From positions 1-64,000 of the IMG/VR virus record IMGVR_UViG_3300021256_000066: a stretch of 64,000 nt of DNA; one strand, written 5' to 3'. Source of the stretch: a virus (lineage: Duplodnaviria; Caudoviricetes). Shown here one piece after another: positions 16,162 through 26,487 of the stretch. Each line of letters starts with the position of its first letter. Positions within the stretch are counted from its first letter, which is position 1. The translations under genes were made by a program, and so were the position numbers. Below the pieces are notes generated by a model, which ran no database searches, was not told the origin of the DNA, and worked only from the letters and a program-made list of their open reading frames with translations.

Positions 16162-17928
16162 ATGAACGGAACATTTGAAATCTTCACGAATAAGGAATGG
16201 ATGATATTGCCATTGTTTGTGCATGGCATCCTCCCTACCGTGATGAACAATGCCAACAACCACACGATGCTCGGCATCGACCGCGAGAAGAAGAACCCGA
16301 TGTGCATCAATGCCAGCGGCGATGACATCTTCCGCGAGTATGAGGTGACGGATGACGGACAGGTGCTCCCCGTTTACGATGGTTGGAACGGCATCGACTA
16401 TCTGCGCGACCTGAAGCAGCCGTTTGTGAACGTCATCCCCATCGACGGACCGATTACCCGCAATGGCGGTGCCTGCTCTTATGGTTCAAAGGATATCCGC
16501 GACTGGATGATGAAGGCCAGCGACAATCCATACTGCCAGTGTCACGTGCTGGTGATCAACACCCCTGGCGGCAGCGCTTGGGCTAAGAACGACTTCCAGC
16601 AGGCTATCGACTACGCCCACTCGAAGGGTCAGCGCGTCATCGCCTTCATCGACGGACTTTGCGCATCGGCTGGCATGTATCTCGCTTCGCTCTGCGACGA
16701 GGTGTATGTGATGAACCTGAAAGACCAGCTGGGCTGCGTAGGCGTGATGGCCTCGTTCTTCACGATGAAGAGCGGCGACAAGAACGAGTTCACGGGCGAG
16801 ACCTACCGCGAATACTACGCCACCAAGAGCATTAATAAGAATAAGGAGATACGCGACATCGCCGAGGACGACGACGCCACGCTGCTCATCGAAGAGCTCG
16901 ACCAGTTGGAGGCTGAGTTCCGTGCCGACATGAAGGCCGCGTTCCCCAATGCCAAGGACGAGCACCTTGACGGCAAGATGTTCGACGCCAAGGACGTGAT
17001 GGGCATCCTGTGCGACGGACAGATGATGCTCGGCGACGTGATTGCCCGTGGCTTCGCCCTCGCCGACGGAACGGCACAGCCCATCGCCCGCACCGCCAAT
17101 CGCAAGATAGCCAAGCGTCAGCAGACGGCAGGTCGCGGCACGACAGCAGCCAAGCAGACAATCGTCGGCAACGGTGCATCGGCTTCCGTCCGCATGACCG
17201 CCGCACAGGCCAAGGAGAATGTTTTATCACCAACAAATAACAGTATCAACATGAAAGAGAATTATCCCGCAGTGTTTGCGCTTCTCGGAGTCGAGGAGAT
17301 GCAACTTTCAGAGGAGGGCACTTTCTTCAACAAGGATCTGCTCGCCACGCTGAACAGCGCCATTGAGGCGAAGAACAAGGAGATGGCTGACGCGAAGGCT
17401 CTGGCCGATCAGCTGACCTCAGAGAAGAACGAGTTGACCGCTCAGATTGAGACGCTGAACGCCGACCACCAGAAGGCCATCGACGACCTAAAGGCTGAGC
17501 ACGCGACGGCCATCGAGGAGAAGGACAACCAGATTTCTGCCCTGGAGCAGGAGAAGGCCGACCTCGCAGCCGCCGCCACCACGAAGGACGAGGAAATCGC
17601 CACGCTGAAGGCCGACGCAGAGGGCAAGGCTTCACAGATTGAGCAGCTGACCACCGACCTGAACGGTGCGAAGGAGAGTCTGACCACCGCCGAGGGCACG
17701 ATTGCCGAGCGCGACCAGACCATCAGTGACCTGAACGCCCAGATTGCCGAACTGCAGCACGACCCAGGACAGGGCGCACAGGCAGGTGCAGCCCCGCAGA
17801 ACAACGGTGGCGGCGCGGAAGCCCCACAGGTAGTAGTGAATCGCTATGTTTATAACCGCGAGCTCTCAGCCGAAGAGAACTGGAAGCTGGAAGAGCAGTG
17901 GAACAAGGATCACGGCATTGAGAAGTAG
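16162..17928 (+). CDS. S49 (SppA/ClpP-like) prohead protease fused to a coiled-coil scaffold
   Basis: INTPGG, FIDGLCASAGMYLAS and GCVGV S49 motifs; long C-terminal coiled coil; directly upstream of the capsid gene. Confidence 0.88.
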   Translation: MNGTFEIFTNKEWMILPLFVHGILPTVMNNANNHTMLGIDREKKNPMCINASGDDIFREYEVTDDGQVLPVYDGWNGIDYLRDLKQPFVNVIPIDGPITRNGGACSYGSKDIRDWMMKASDNPYCQCHVLVINTPGGSAWAKNDFQQAIDYAHSKGQRVIAFIDGLCASAGMYLASLCDEVYVMNLKDQLGCVGVMASFFTMKSGDKNEFTGETYREYYATKSINKNKEIRDIAEDDDATLLIEELDQLEAEFRADMKAAFPNAKDEHLDGKMFDAKDVMGILCDGQMMLGDVIARGFALADGTAQPIARTANRKIAKRQQTAGRGTTAAKQTIVGNGASASVRMTAAQAKENVLSPTNNSINMKENYPAVFALLGVEEMQLSEEGTFFNKDLLATLNSAIEAKNKEMADAKALADQLTSEKNELTAQIETLNADHQKAIDDLKAEHATAIEEKDNQISALEQEKADLAAAATTKDEEIATLKADAEGKASQIEQLTTDLNGAKESLTTAEGTIAERDQTISDLNAQIAELQHDPGQGAQAGAAPQNNGGGAEAPQVVVNRYVYNRELSAEENWKLEEQWNKDHGIEK

Positions 17929-17993
17929 CAGTCCCCAGCCAACACAGAAAACTCATAAATAACATTAATTATTCACCAACACATTTAAGAACT

Positions 17994-19250
17994 ATGGCAG
18001 AATTAAAGTTCATCGGTATCGACAATGTGGTAAACATTGCCAACCAGTTGGAGCCCAACATCATCATGGGTCCCGCGTACTACAAGAAGAGTGACCTGGA
18101 GCGCTTTGGCATCAAGGTGCTGACAGGCGTACAGTTCAAGAAGACCGCTATGGTGCTCAGCCGCAAGGGTGGTACCAGCCGTCGCAAGAAGGTGGGCGTT
18201 CATCAGGAGTCCAAGCTCGGATATTTGATGGAGCGTGAGCTTGTCGCTCATCAGGTCTGGAATCGCTTCAAGCATAATGAGGACGAGTTTCAGGAGAAAC
18301 CCATCGCCATCGAGGGTAGCGCGAAGTTCCATTATCCCCTCGCCGAGGAGTTCATCACCGAAATTGGTAAGGAGTTCTCTGACGACGTTTATGCTTGCAT
18401 GTTCCACGGTGACGACGAGAGCGATGACGTGCAGCTGAACCTCTACAGCGGCTACCACACGCTTATCAACCGCGACATGGCCAAGGGTCTTATCTCAGAG
18501 GCCAACGGCAACCTGATCCCCTGCGCAGTGCTCGACGCTCCGCAGAGCGAGGGCGACAGCCAGGCTTGGGACGAGTTCGTGAAGTGGCACGACAAGTGGC
18601 CTTCAGTGCTGCAGGATGCAGACAAGGTGCTCGTGTATTGCTCCGTAGAGTACGGTAACAACATCAGCGATGCCTACGAGCAGAAGCACCGCTCGCTGAA
18701 GTCGGCAAAGTACCTCGACAACGGCAACTTCGTGATTGACCGCTACAAGAACATCGAGTTCGTTCCCTCTGCACGCTGGGGTAATGGCACCCGCATGGTG
18801 GCCACTCTGCCTCAGAACTTCGAGTTCGGCGTGAACAGCGAGGGCCAGGAGTCGTTCGTAGCAGTCCAGCATGGCAGCGACGACGATGTAAAAGATATCA
18901 TTTTCCAGATCCAGGGTATCTACGGATGCCGTATCAAGGACGTCCTGAAGCGTGCGTTTGTCACCAACGGCGGAACCATCGAGGGAACCTTCGAGCGCGG
19001 CGACTACGAGAAGGATGCCGTCATCGCCATCCCTAACGACAAGGAGCTCGGCACAGTGACCATCAAGAACGGTGAGACACCCGTAGAGAGCGGCACTGAG
19101 GTGGCCAAGGGCGTGACCCTGACGCTGACCGCTACGCCGAAGACCGGCAAGAAGTTCGTGAAGTGGAGCAACGGCTCGACCGCCAACCCGACCAGCATCG
19201 TGACCACGGGCGATCCTATCGCCATCGTCGGTATCTTCTCGGGGGAATAA
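17994..19250 (+). CDS. Major capsid protein with C-terminal small beta (InlB-B/Ig-like) domain
   Basis: Follows the protease/scaffold gene; strongly biased codons; LTATP..G..FVKWS.G tail domain. Confidence 0.75.
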   Translation: MAELKFIGIDNVVNIANQLEPNIIMGPAYYKKSDLERFGIKVLTGVQFKKTAMVLSRKGGTSRRKKVGVHQESKLGYLMERELVAHQVWNRFKHNEDEFQEKPIAIEGSAKFHYPLAEEFITEIGKEFSDDVYACMFHGDDESDDVQLNLYSGYHTLINRDMAKGLISEANGNLIPCAVLDAPQSEGDSQAWDEFVKWHDKWPSVLQDADKVLVYCSVEYGNNISDAYEQKHRSLKSAKYLDNGNFVIDRYKNIEFVPSARWGNGTRMVATLPQNFEFGVNSEGQESFVAVQHGSDDDVKDIIFQIQGIYGCRIKDVLKRAFVTNGGTIEGTFERGDYEKDAVIAIPNDKELGTVTIKNGETPVESGTEVAKGVTLTLTATPKTGKKFVKWSNGSTANPTSIVTTGDPIAIVGIFSGE

Positions 19251-19594
19251 CCGCCGGAGGCGACCCGGCTAACCAAACGCCTGCACCGGAGCCCGAGCCA
19301 CAGCAGCCCGAGCCGCAGGTTCCCGAGAAAGTAAGTTACAACTTCACTTCGTACAGCGCTGACGGCGAGACCGAGTACGGCAACGGAACGGTCGAGACGA
19401 CAGGCGAGAAGAAGACCTTCAACGGTGTCGAGTACACCGAGGCCGAGGTGAAGACGAACACTGAGCCCGAGTGGGTAGGACGCAAGTTCTACATCATCTC
19501 AACCGCGACCGCAGACGGAACGGCCAAGTACCCGCTCTACGACGCCGAGGGCCAGGAGGCCGGAGTTCTGGTAACTATCACGCCGACAGCGTAA
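19241..19594 (+). CDS. -1 frameshift extension of the capsid protein
   Basis: G GGG GAA TAA at the capsid stop, a downstream GCCGG/CCGGC hairpin, and a -1 frame encoding a PEPEP linker plus beta-rich domain with no in-frame ATG. Confidence 0.7.
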   Translation, partial: GGITAGGDPANQTPAPEPEPQQPEPQVPEKVSYNFTSYSADGETEYGNGTVETTGEKKTFNGVEYTEAEVKTNTEPEWVGRKFYIISTATADGTAKYPLYDAEGQEAGVLVTITPTA

Positions 19595-19705
19595 ATCTCT
19601 CAAAGGGGGTACGGGAGCCCCGAGGCGCTTCATATCGCCCGCCGACAGGGCTCCCTCCCTTTCTTATAAAGAAACGTAAGTAACCAACGCAAAAATTTAT
19701 AGAAT

Positions 19706-20245
19706 ATGGCAGTACAATGTCCAACTATGATGAATATTCTCAAAGCCGACGAGTGCTTGGAGAATCTGGCTGGCATCAGCGCCGACGTCTATGTCGGTAT
19801 CAAGTCTGACCTGGCCGAACCCCTGACCGCCGAGGAGAACGTCTATTCGACGCCTTCCTTCGCCAGCGGCAAGGGCCTGTATAAGATTCAGGGAAAAAAC
19901 GAGGCGCAGAAGATCCACTTCTCAAGCCTTGGTCCCCGCAAGGGCTACGACCTTGACATCACCGTCGTCATCGAGTCGCTCAACAAGACGTTCTCGAAGG
20001 CTGGCCGTGCGCTGAACAACCTCGACCTGTTCTTCATCGTGAAAGATGGTGACGATTCGCTGATTATGTACGACCCCAACCGTCGCTGCGAGGCTGACTC
20101 AGGCGGCATCGAGGGCGACACGGGCGACACAGCCGACAGCGACCGCCAGGCTAATTGTGTCTTCCACCTGAAGCCTGTAAAGTATCCTCTGCTATACGTC
20201 ACTGAGCCCGCTTCTGGCGGCTGGGACGGCCTGATGGTACAGTAA
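19706..20245 (+). CDS. Putative major tail (tube) protein
   Basis: 179 aa after the capsid gene; C.ENLAGI...Y N-terminus of the type seen in Bacteroidota phage tube proteins. Confidence 0.6.
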   Translation: MAVQCPTMMNILKADECLENLAGISADVYVGIKSDLAEPLTAEENVYSTPSFASGKGLYKIQGKNEAQKIHFSSLGPRKGYDLDITVVIESLNKTFSKAGRALNNLDLFFIVKDGDDSLIMYDPNRRCEADSGGIEGDTGDTADSDRQANCVFHLKPVKYPLLYVTEPASGGWDGLMVQ

Positions 20246-20309
20246 CTCTCTCACCAACGAATCATCGGAATGGTTTCATAAGTAAATACTTGATTGAAGG
20301 TTAGTTGCA

Positions 20310-20344
20310 CCCGCGTCACGAGTTGGCGCGGGGTTTCTTTTTTG
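20310..20344 (+). terminator. Rho-independent terminator
   Basis: CCCGCGTCA..TGGCGCGGG followed by TTTCTTTTT. Confidence 0.6.
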
Positions 20345-20369
20345 TGTCGTTCGCCCGTCGAGGGCGCAA

Positions 20370-21011
20370 TCAAGCCTCGGTGTCGGGCTGAGCGTCGGCG
20401 GTGTCAGTCGTTTCGTCGATGGGCTGTGCGTCGGCGTCAGCGTCGATGGGCTGCGCATCCGAAGCCTTCTTCCTTGCCTTGCGCTTCTGTACCCGCAGTA
20501 GGGCTCGGATGTTCTCGACCAGTGAGCCAACGTCGCCGTCGGCAGCCAGCATGCGGCTGTTGGGGCCGACCGATGCCGAGTAGGCCGTCATCACCGCCTC
20601 GGTGCGCGGCTGGAGCAGCATCTCGCCCTGAGCGACCATCGACTCGCTTTCGCCGACAACGATGAATGCCTCCAGCGAGAGTCCCTCGCGCCAGCCGTAG
20701 TCGCAGAGCGCCATCTGCTCTTCGCCCAGTTCCTCGGCCACCAGCTCGCGCTGGTCGGTGGCTGTCAGCAGGTGGAGCTGGCGGATCCACCCCCGCTGCA
20801 TCCAGTGGCGCAGGAATCGCATCAGCACCACATCGACCGCCTTCACCGCAATCCAATACTCGCCGAAGCCGCTGTTTGCCATACAGCACGCGGCCTGCAT
20901 CAGCTTCTCAATCGTCACGTCGCCGTTCGTCTGGAACAGTGCGTGGCCCTTAGAATTTCTCAACAGCTGCGGGAGTTGACTTGCCACGCAGCAAGGCTCT
21001 ATAAATGCCAT
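20370..21011 (-). CDS. Hypothetical protein
   Basis: 213 aa with its own minus-strand GTCCC-N21-TAACTTTG promoter (21043..21077). Confidence 0.75.
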   Translation of the reverse strand: MAFIEPCCVASQLPQLLRNSKGHALFQTNGDVTIEKLMQAACCMANSGFGEYWIAVKAVDVVLMRFLRHWMQRGWIRQLHLLTATDQRELVAEELGEEQMALCDYGWREGLSLEAFIVVGESESMVAQGEMLLQPRTEAVMTAYSASVGPNSRMLAADGDVGSLVENIRALLRVQKRKARKKASDAQPIDADADAQPIDETTDTADAQPDTEA

Positions 21012-21042
21012 AGTCTTAATTATTAAATGATTACTACGCCGA

Positions 21043-21119
21043 CAAAGTTACGTCCGAATACCGCAAGTTTTGGGACTGAAAAGTTGTCCCAATATATAAT
21101 TATAAAGGTAATATCTTTG
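21043..21119. promoter_or_regulatory. Divergent pair of GTCCC-N21-TAnnTTTG promoters
   Basis: Minus 21043..21077, plus 21085..21119. Confidence 0.65.
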
Positions 21120-21148
21120 CAACCAGACGAACTTATGAAACAAAGGAT

Positions 21149-21388
21149 ATGACACAGACAATCATTCTAACCATCATTGTTTGCATCACGGTCATCACCG
21201 TGTTTGCCATCTGCGTCTTTGCACCGAGCAAGGACAAACAGTCGCAGCGTCTGGAGGACATCCGCAAGATGATTGACGTATTCGAGGGAGAACACATCGT
21301 CTTCGACCACAAGGAAGGCAAGTATATCATCAACGCATCGTCGGAGCAAATCCGCACGCTGCTCAAACAAATCGTGAGGATATCATGA
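21149..21388 (+). CDS. Small protein with N-terminal TM helix
   Basis: 79 aa. Confidence 0.65.
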   Translation: MTQTIILTIIVCITVITVFAICVFAPSKDKQSQRLEDIRKMIDVFEGEHIVFDHKEGKYIINASSEQIRTLLKQIVRIS

Positions 21389-21693
21389 GCAACAAGAAAG
21401 AAACCATGCGCGAGATACCGGCGGAGCTGTATGAGCGGCTCGACAGGCTGGGGATGCTGCCAAACGACGTGCGCGACCACAACCAGGGCGCAAGCGACTA
21501 CTCGCAGCGCCTGATACAGCCGTGGACCATCTGGCTGGAATACCAGCTCAACCCGTGGGACGCCGACATCGTGAAGCGCGTGCTGCGCCACAAGGCCACC
21601 GACCCGCGACGGCTCGATTACGAGAAGATCATCCACATCTGCCAGGAGCGCATCCGGCAGATAGACCACGGCGCGGACCTGATTCAGCCGTGA
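21385..21693 (+). CDS. DUF3310-like helical protein
   Basis: G.SDY...IQPW.....LNPWDADIVKRVLR.K...DYEK pattern resembles DUF3310/SaV-like proteins. Confidence 0.55.
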   Translation: MSNKKETMREIPAELYERLDRLGMLPNDVRDHNQGASDYSQRLIQPWTIWLEYQLNPWDADIVKRVLRHKATDPRRLDYEKIIHICQERIRQIDHGADLIQP

Positions 21694-21738
21694 GGCGGTT
21701 TTTTCTTAGGCACGGATTGACACGGATTTTTTGGCGAT

Positions 21739-22754
21739 ATGGATTTACGAATAGGCTTAGTTGACGTTGACGGACACGCAAAGAAGAAAAAGTGGGGCGC
21801 GACGGTTTACCCGAACCTCGCACTGACCAAGATTGCCAGATACCACAAGGAGCATGGTGACGATGTGGAGTGGGCATGGCCGCTGAAGCACTACGACAAG
21901 GTGTATATATCGAAGGTGTTCAACTTCTCGCCAGATGACCTCATGGCCTACGATGCCGACGAGATCGTCAGGGGCGGCACGGGTTACGACATCAGTAGCC
22001 GACTGCCTGACGAGATAGACCGACTGCAGCCCGACTACTCGATTTATCCCGCACTTCCGAAAGATACGGCCTACGGATTCCTGACACGCGGCTGTCCGAA
22101 CAAGTGCCCTTGGTGCGTCGTTCCACGCAAGGAAGGCAAGATACGTCCTTATATGGATATCGACGAGATAGCCATTGAGGGCAGAAAGAACATAGTGCTG
22201 ATGGATAACAACATCCTCGCTGCGGGCGACTATGCCGTAGAGCAGCTGGAGAAGATTGTCGAGCGTGGCTATCGTGTCGATTTCAACCAAGCCCTTGATG
22301 CCCGGCTTGTCAACGACGAGTATGCACGCCTGTTGGCAAAGATAAAATTCATCGGCCATCGTGTCCGCTTCGGCTGCGACACCCCTGCGCAGATCAAGGA
22401 GGTGGAACGTGCCGTCGAACTGATGACGGGCTACGGCTTCAAAGGCGAGATATTCCTTTATACGATGATAGGCGGCAAGTCGGACTTCATGGAGTCGTAC
22501 AGCCGCGTCCACTACTGGTGGGTTCGCAATCACGAGATACGCAGTCGGCACGTCGGCTATGGCATCTATCCGTATGCACAGCCCTATCGTGATCCCGACA
22601 ACCCTAAGTTTACCCCCCCCCCCAATGGCAAAAGGATATGGCGCAATGGGTCAACAAGCACCAGCTGTTTGAAGCCATCGACTTCCCCGACTTCTCGCCT
22701 CGCAAGGGCTTCAAGTGTGGAGCATATCTGGAGCAGTACGGCATAAAGTTCTGA
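21739..22754 (+). CDS. Radical SAM protein, frameshifted at a C11 run (22613..22623)
   Basis: TRGCPNKCPWC (CxxxCxxC), DNNIL and DFNQALDAR motifs. The -1 frame continues QWQKDMAQWVNK...PRKGFKC to TGA 22754. Confidence 0.85.
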
Positions 22755-22804
22755 TTCTTCACTTCCCAACCTCCATGTCCAACCCCCCAAAAAACAAGAG
22801 CGAT

Positions 22805-23580
22805 ATGATAGAACTTGACAAGATATATAATGAGGACTGCCTCGAAGGCATGAAGCGCATCGATGACGGTGCAATGGACTGCATCATTACCGATTTGCCG
22901 TATGGCGTGCTCAACAAGCAGAGTGAGGGCGGTTCGTGGGACAGCATTATCCCGCTGGAGCCGATGTGGGAGCAGTTCAAGCGAGTGACCAAGCCCAATG
23001 CGCCCATCGCACTATTCTGCCAAGGCATGTTCACGGCAAAGCTGATGATGTCGCAGCCGAAGATGTGGCGATATAATCTGATATGGGATAAAGGCCGAAC
23101 GAGCGCGTTCCTTAATGCAAACAGGATGCCGTTACGCCGCCACGAGGACATTGCCGTGTTCTATCAAGAGCTTCCAACGTACAATCCGCAAATGGAGAAA
23201 GTTGCACCACATCGCCGTAATCACACGAGGGGCGATATGAAAGGGCAGTTGAAGAATCGTTGCTATGGTGGCTTTGTTGCAACACCGACAATCATCAGTG
23301 ACGAGAAATATCCGACCAGTATCATCTACATTCAGCGAGAGCACGATGTAAAGCAGTTCTACCACCCCACCCAGAAGCCCGTCGATCTGCTGCGCTACCT
23401 GATACTGACCTACACCAATGTGGGGGGGTAGTTCTCGATGCAACGATTGGCTCGGGCACAACGGCTGTGGCGGCGCTGATGGAGAAACGCCACTTTATCG
23501 GCTTCGAGACCAACAAAGAGTATTTCGACATCGCACAAGGTCGTATCGACAATATCAGGCGACAGCCGACGCTATTCTAA
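22805..23580 (+). CDS. Beta-class N6A/N4C DNA methyltransferase, frameshifted at G7 (23422..23428)
   Basis: TDLPYG (motif IV) and HPTQKP in frame 0. The SAM-binding motif VVLDATIGSGTT...FIGFE lies in the -1 frame, ending 23580. Confidence 0.88.
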
Positions 23581-23608
23581 AATCATCAACACTCCAAACG
23601 AAGGCGAT

Positions 23609-24351
23609 ATGATTGAACTCGACAAGATATACAATGAGGACTGCTTGCAGGGCATGAAGCGCATCGGCACGGCATCGGTGGACTGCATCATCTGTGACCC
23701 GCCTTACCTGTTGGAGAATCAGGGCGGCGGCTTTTGGTCGAAGAACGAAGACCCGACGGTGAACCACTACAATGCCCGTGGCACTCGCAAGGGTATGGAC
23801 CGACTTGGCAGTATCAAGGACGGCTTTGATGATGAAGTGCTCGACGAGATGTGCCGCGTGATGAAGCGAGTGAACATCTACCTCTTCTGCTCGCAAAAGC
23901 AGATACAGAGATATCTCGATTACTTTGTCAGCGGCAAGGGCTGCAACTGGAACCTGCTGACGTGGCACAAGGCGAACCCGATACCCGCCTGCGGCAACAA
24001 GTATCTGAACGACACGGAGTACATCATGTTCTTCCGTGAAAAGGGCGTGAAGATTTACGGCTCGTATGAGACCAAGCGGACGTTCTACACCACGCTGCGC
24101 AATCAGGAGGACAACCTGCGCTACAAGCATCCGACGGTGAAGCCACTCCAGATAGTGCGCAACCTCGTGGTGAACAGCACCGAACTGGGGGGGGGGTAGT
24201 TCTTGATCCCTTCATCGGCAGCGGCACAACGGCTGTCGCCTGCGCCAAGGAACATCGCCACTATATCGGTTTCGAGATCGACAATGGGCACTATCAGACG
24301 GCCATCGGTCGCATCCGTGACGAAATGGCTCAGCCCTCGCTCTTTGGCTGA
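23609..24351 (+). CDS. Beta-class N6A/N4C DNA methyltransferase, frameshifted at G10 (24187..24196)
   Basis: CDPPY and HPTVKP in frame 0. [12 protein letters not shown]...YIGFE lies in the -1 frame, ending 24351. Confidence 0.9.
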
Positions 24352-24398
24352 AAAGGAAATTCTGAAACGACAATATATATATTAAAAAGGAAAGGAAT

Positions 24399-25862
24399 AT
24401 GGAACAGAGACGACTTTACCCCGACATGACGGCTGAGGAGCAGCTGCAGTGGGTGACAGACTTCGAGGCGCTGATGCAGGACGGCGGCGGGCGCATCATC
24501 GACATGGCCCGCAGGCGACAGCCGCAGTGGCAGCCGCAGGACGCGCTGACCGTGAGACGGCTGGTGGGGATGCTCGCCGCCTGGCCGTTCGCACAGGACT
24601 TCGCCGAGAAGGCACAGCGCTACGGCGACTACATGGCGAGGGCGACGCGACTGCCCGTGTATGTCGATAAGGTGATGGAGCGGTTGGCCGACGGGCTGAC
24701 GATGACGGACAAGGACGGGCGGACGGTGGTCTACGTGTCGCCATCGGCACCGCTGCGCCGACGCGGCAGGCCCAGCCGTGAGGAACTGGCAGCACGCCAG
24801 CGGGGCGAACAGCCGCAGGGAGCGGAGCCCGACGATGCCGAGGCACGCAAGCGCCGCACGGTGGCAAGGATGCTGGGACTCGACGTGATAGTGAGCGGCT
24901 CTGCGCCCCGCGAGAAGAACAATGCCGAGCTGAAGGCCGAGCGCGACCGCCGCCGTGCCGAGTACGAAAGGCAGAACCCAAGCCTGTTTGGAGAGACCCC
25001 CTCTCAATCTCCCCGAGGGGAGAAGACGGAGACGGAGACAGTTAGTGAAGCCGCTAACGCACAGACACCTCCCCTCGGGGAGGACGGGAGGGGGTTGTCT
25101 TCCTGTGCCCAGCTGATGTCGGATTCCTACGAGATGCGGATGGCACAGGACAGGCTCCACCTCGACCAGCTCGCGTGGCTGCTGTCGAAGCCGTTGCAGG
25201 AGCGCGTCCGACAGGTGCAGAGCCAGCGCACGGCCTCGGAGGCAGCCAGCGAACGGGCGAAGCTGCTGGCCGAGATTGGCGGCAAGCAGGAGGAGATAGC
25301 CGAGTATGCCGAGCAGGCGAAGGTCTCCACAGAGGCTTACCTGGCGACGTATGCCGCCGTCGATGAGGAACTGGCTACCGTGTTCTATCGCTTGCAAAAC
25401 GACGAACCTTTCCGCGAGAACTTCGTGCGCCGCTTCAAGGGTGTCGATCTCATAAAGGTGGCACACATCTGCCGACCCTATTACGAGAAGGTGAAGTCGC
25501 CCGAGCTCGACCTGCGCATCAAGACCATCATCGAGCAGGAGAACCCCGAGTATGCCGCCCGCATGAAGGCCGAGGAGGCGAAGAAGGAGGAGGTGGCCGA
25601 CATACTGCGCTACCTGAAGCGCAAGGACAAGGACGCTTCGGACACACGGTTGAAGACCGCCAAGGAGGTGAAATTCCCCCGACTGGTGGAACTTATCGGC
25701 GAGAAGGAAGCCGCTGACTACCTGCCGCTCATCGCCTATATCGAGGAGGAAAACCGCAAGTGGCGGGAGGCGAAGGGCGCAAAGGGGACTGACCCTGGTG
25801 ATTCGCCCGCTCCGAAAGAGCGGAAGAAACCCGCCAAGGCACCGAAACCAAAGACCAAATGA
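24399..25862 (+). CDS. Hypothetical helical protein with AT-hook-like RRRGRP
   Basis: 487-aa ORF with good codon usage. Confidence 0.8.
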   Translation: MEQRRLYPDMTAEEQLQWVTDFEALMQDGGGRIIDMARRRQPQWQPQDALTVRRLVGMLAAWPFAQDFAEKAQRYGDYMARATRLPVYVDKVMERLADGLTMTDKDGRTVVYVSPSAPLRRRGRPSREELAARQRGEQPQGAEPDDAEARKRRTVARMLGLDVIVSGSAPREKNNAELKAERDRRRAEYERQNPSLFGETPSQSPRGEKTETETVSEAANAQTPPLGEDGRGLSSCAQLMSDSYEMRMAQDRLHLDQLAWLLSKPLQERVRQVQSQRTASEAASERAKLLAEIGGKQEEIAEYAEQAKVSTEAYLATYAAVDEELATVFYRLQNDEPFRENFVRRFKGVDLIKVAHICRPYYEKVKSPELDLRIKTIIEQENPEYAARMKAEEAKKEEVADILRYLKRKDKDASDTRLKTAKEVKFPRLVELIGEKEAADYLPLIAYIEEENRKWREAKGAKGTDPGDSPAPKERKKPAKAPKPKTK

Positions 25863-26060
25863 TAAATTGTTTTTGTGTAAAGAAAGCCTCCTGCGAAGGA
25901 CGCACACCTTGTAACTGTAATGTTTAGTCAGGCGAAAAGGTTTATGACTGCTGCCGCCCGCGAGTCTTGGCGAAGACCTCCGCAGGGCGGCTTTTCCGTG
26001 CGCCGCATCGCCGACTGACCGCCACTTTTCCGTCGCCTGCACCGCCACCCGCCGCCGCTT

Positions 26061-26094
26061 TGTCCCAATCCCACGACAAAGAGCCGTACCTTTG
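26061..26094 (+). promoter_or_regulatory. Putative phage late promoter (TGTCCC-N20-TACCTTTG)
   Basis: Recurrent motif. Confidence 0.65.
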
Positions 26095-26117
26095 TGCAAA
26101 ACAAAAACAAGACAGAC

Positions 26118-26480
26118 ATGACAACATTCATCACAGACATCCAGCCCATCATGCTGACTGCGCTCGTGGGCATCATCATCGCCTATGCCCGCTACGTGAA
26201 CGCCCTGAAAACCCGCGTGGCGGTGCTCGAACGGACTATCGAAGACCTGCTGAAGACCATCGAAAGCATGCAGAAGCGGCTCGACTCGCACTCGAAGAAG
26301 CAGGACGAGATTCACGACACGCTCAACGACGTGAAGGGCGACATGAAGGATATGAAGGTGGAAATCGTGAAGGAGATGGGGCAGATGGCCTCCAACCTCA
26401 GTTCGCTGGCTTCCGACCTGAAAGGACTCAACAACCTGCTCGCGATTTCCGACTACGGCATCCGTGCCAATAAACCCTGA
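26118..26480 (+). CDS. TM-anchored coiled-coil protein (lysis-associated candidate)
   Basis: One N-terminal TM helix followed by a heptad coiled coil. Confidence 0.65.
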   Translation: MTTFITDIQPIMLTALVGIIIAYARYVNALKTRVAVLERTIEDLLKTIESMQKRLDSHSKKQDEIHDTLNDVKGDMKDMKVEIVKEMGQMASNLSSLASDLKGLNNLLAISDYGIRANKP

Positions 26481-26487
26481 TAAGCCT

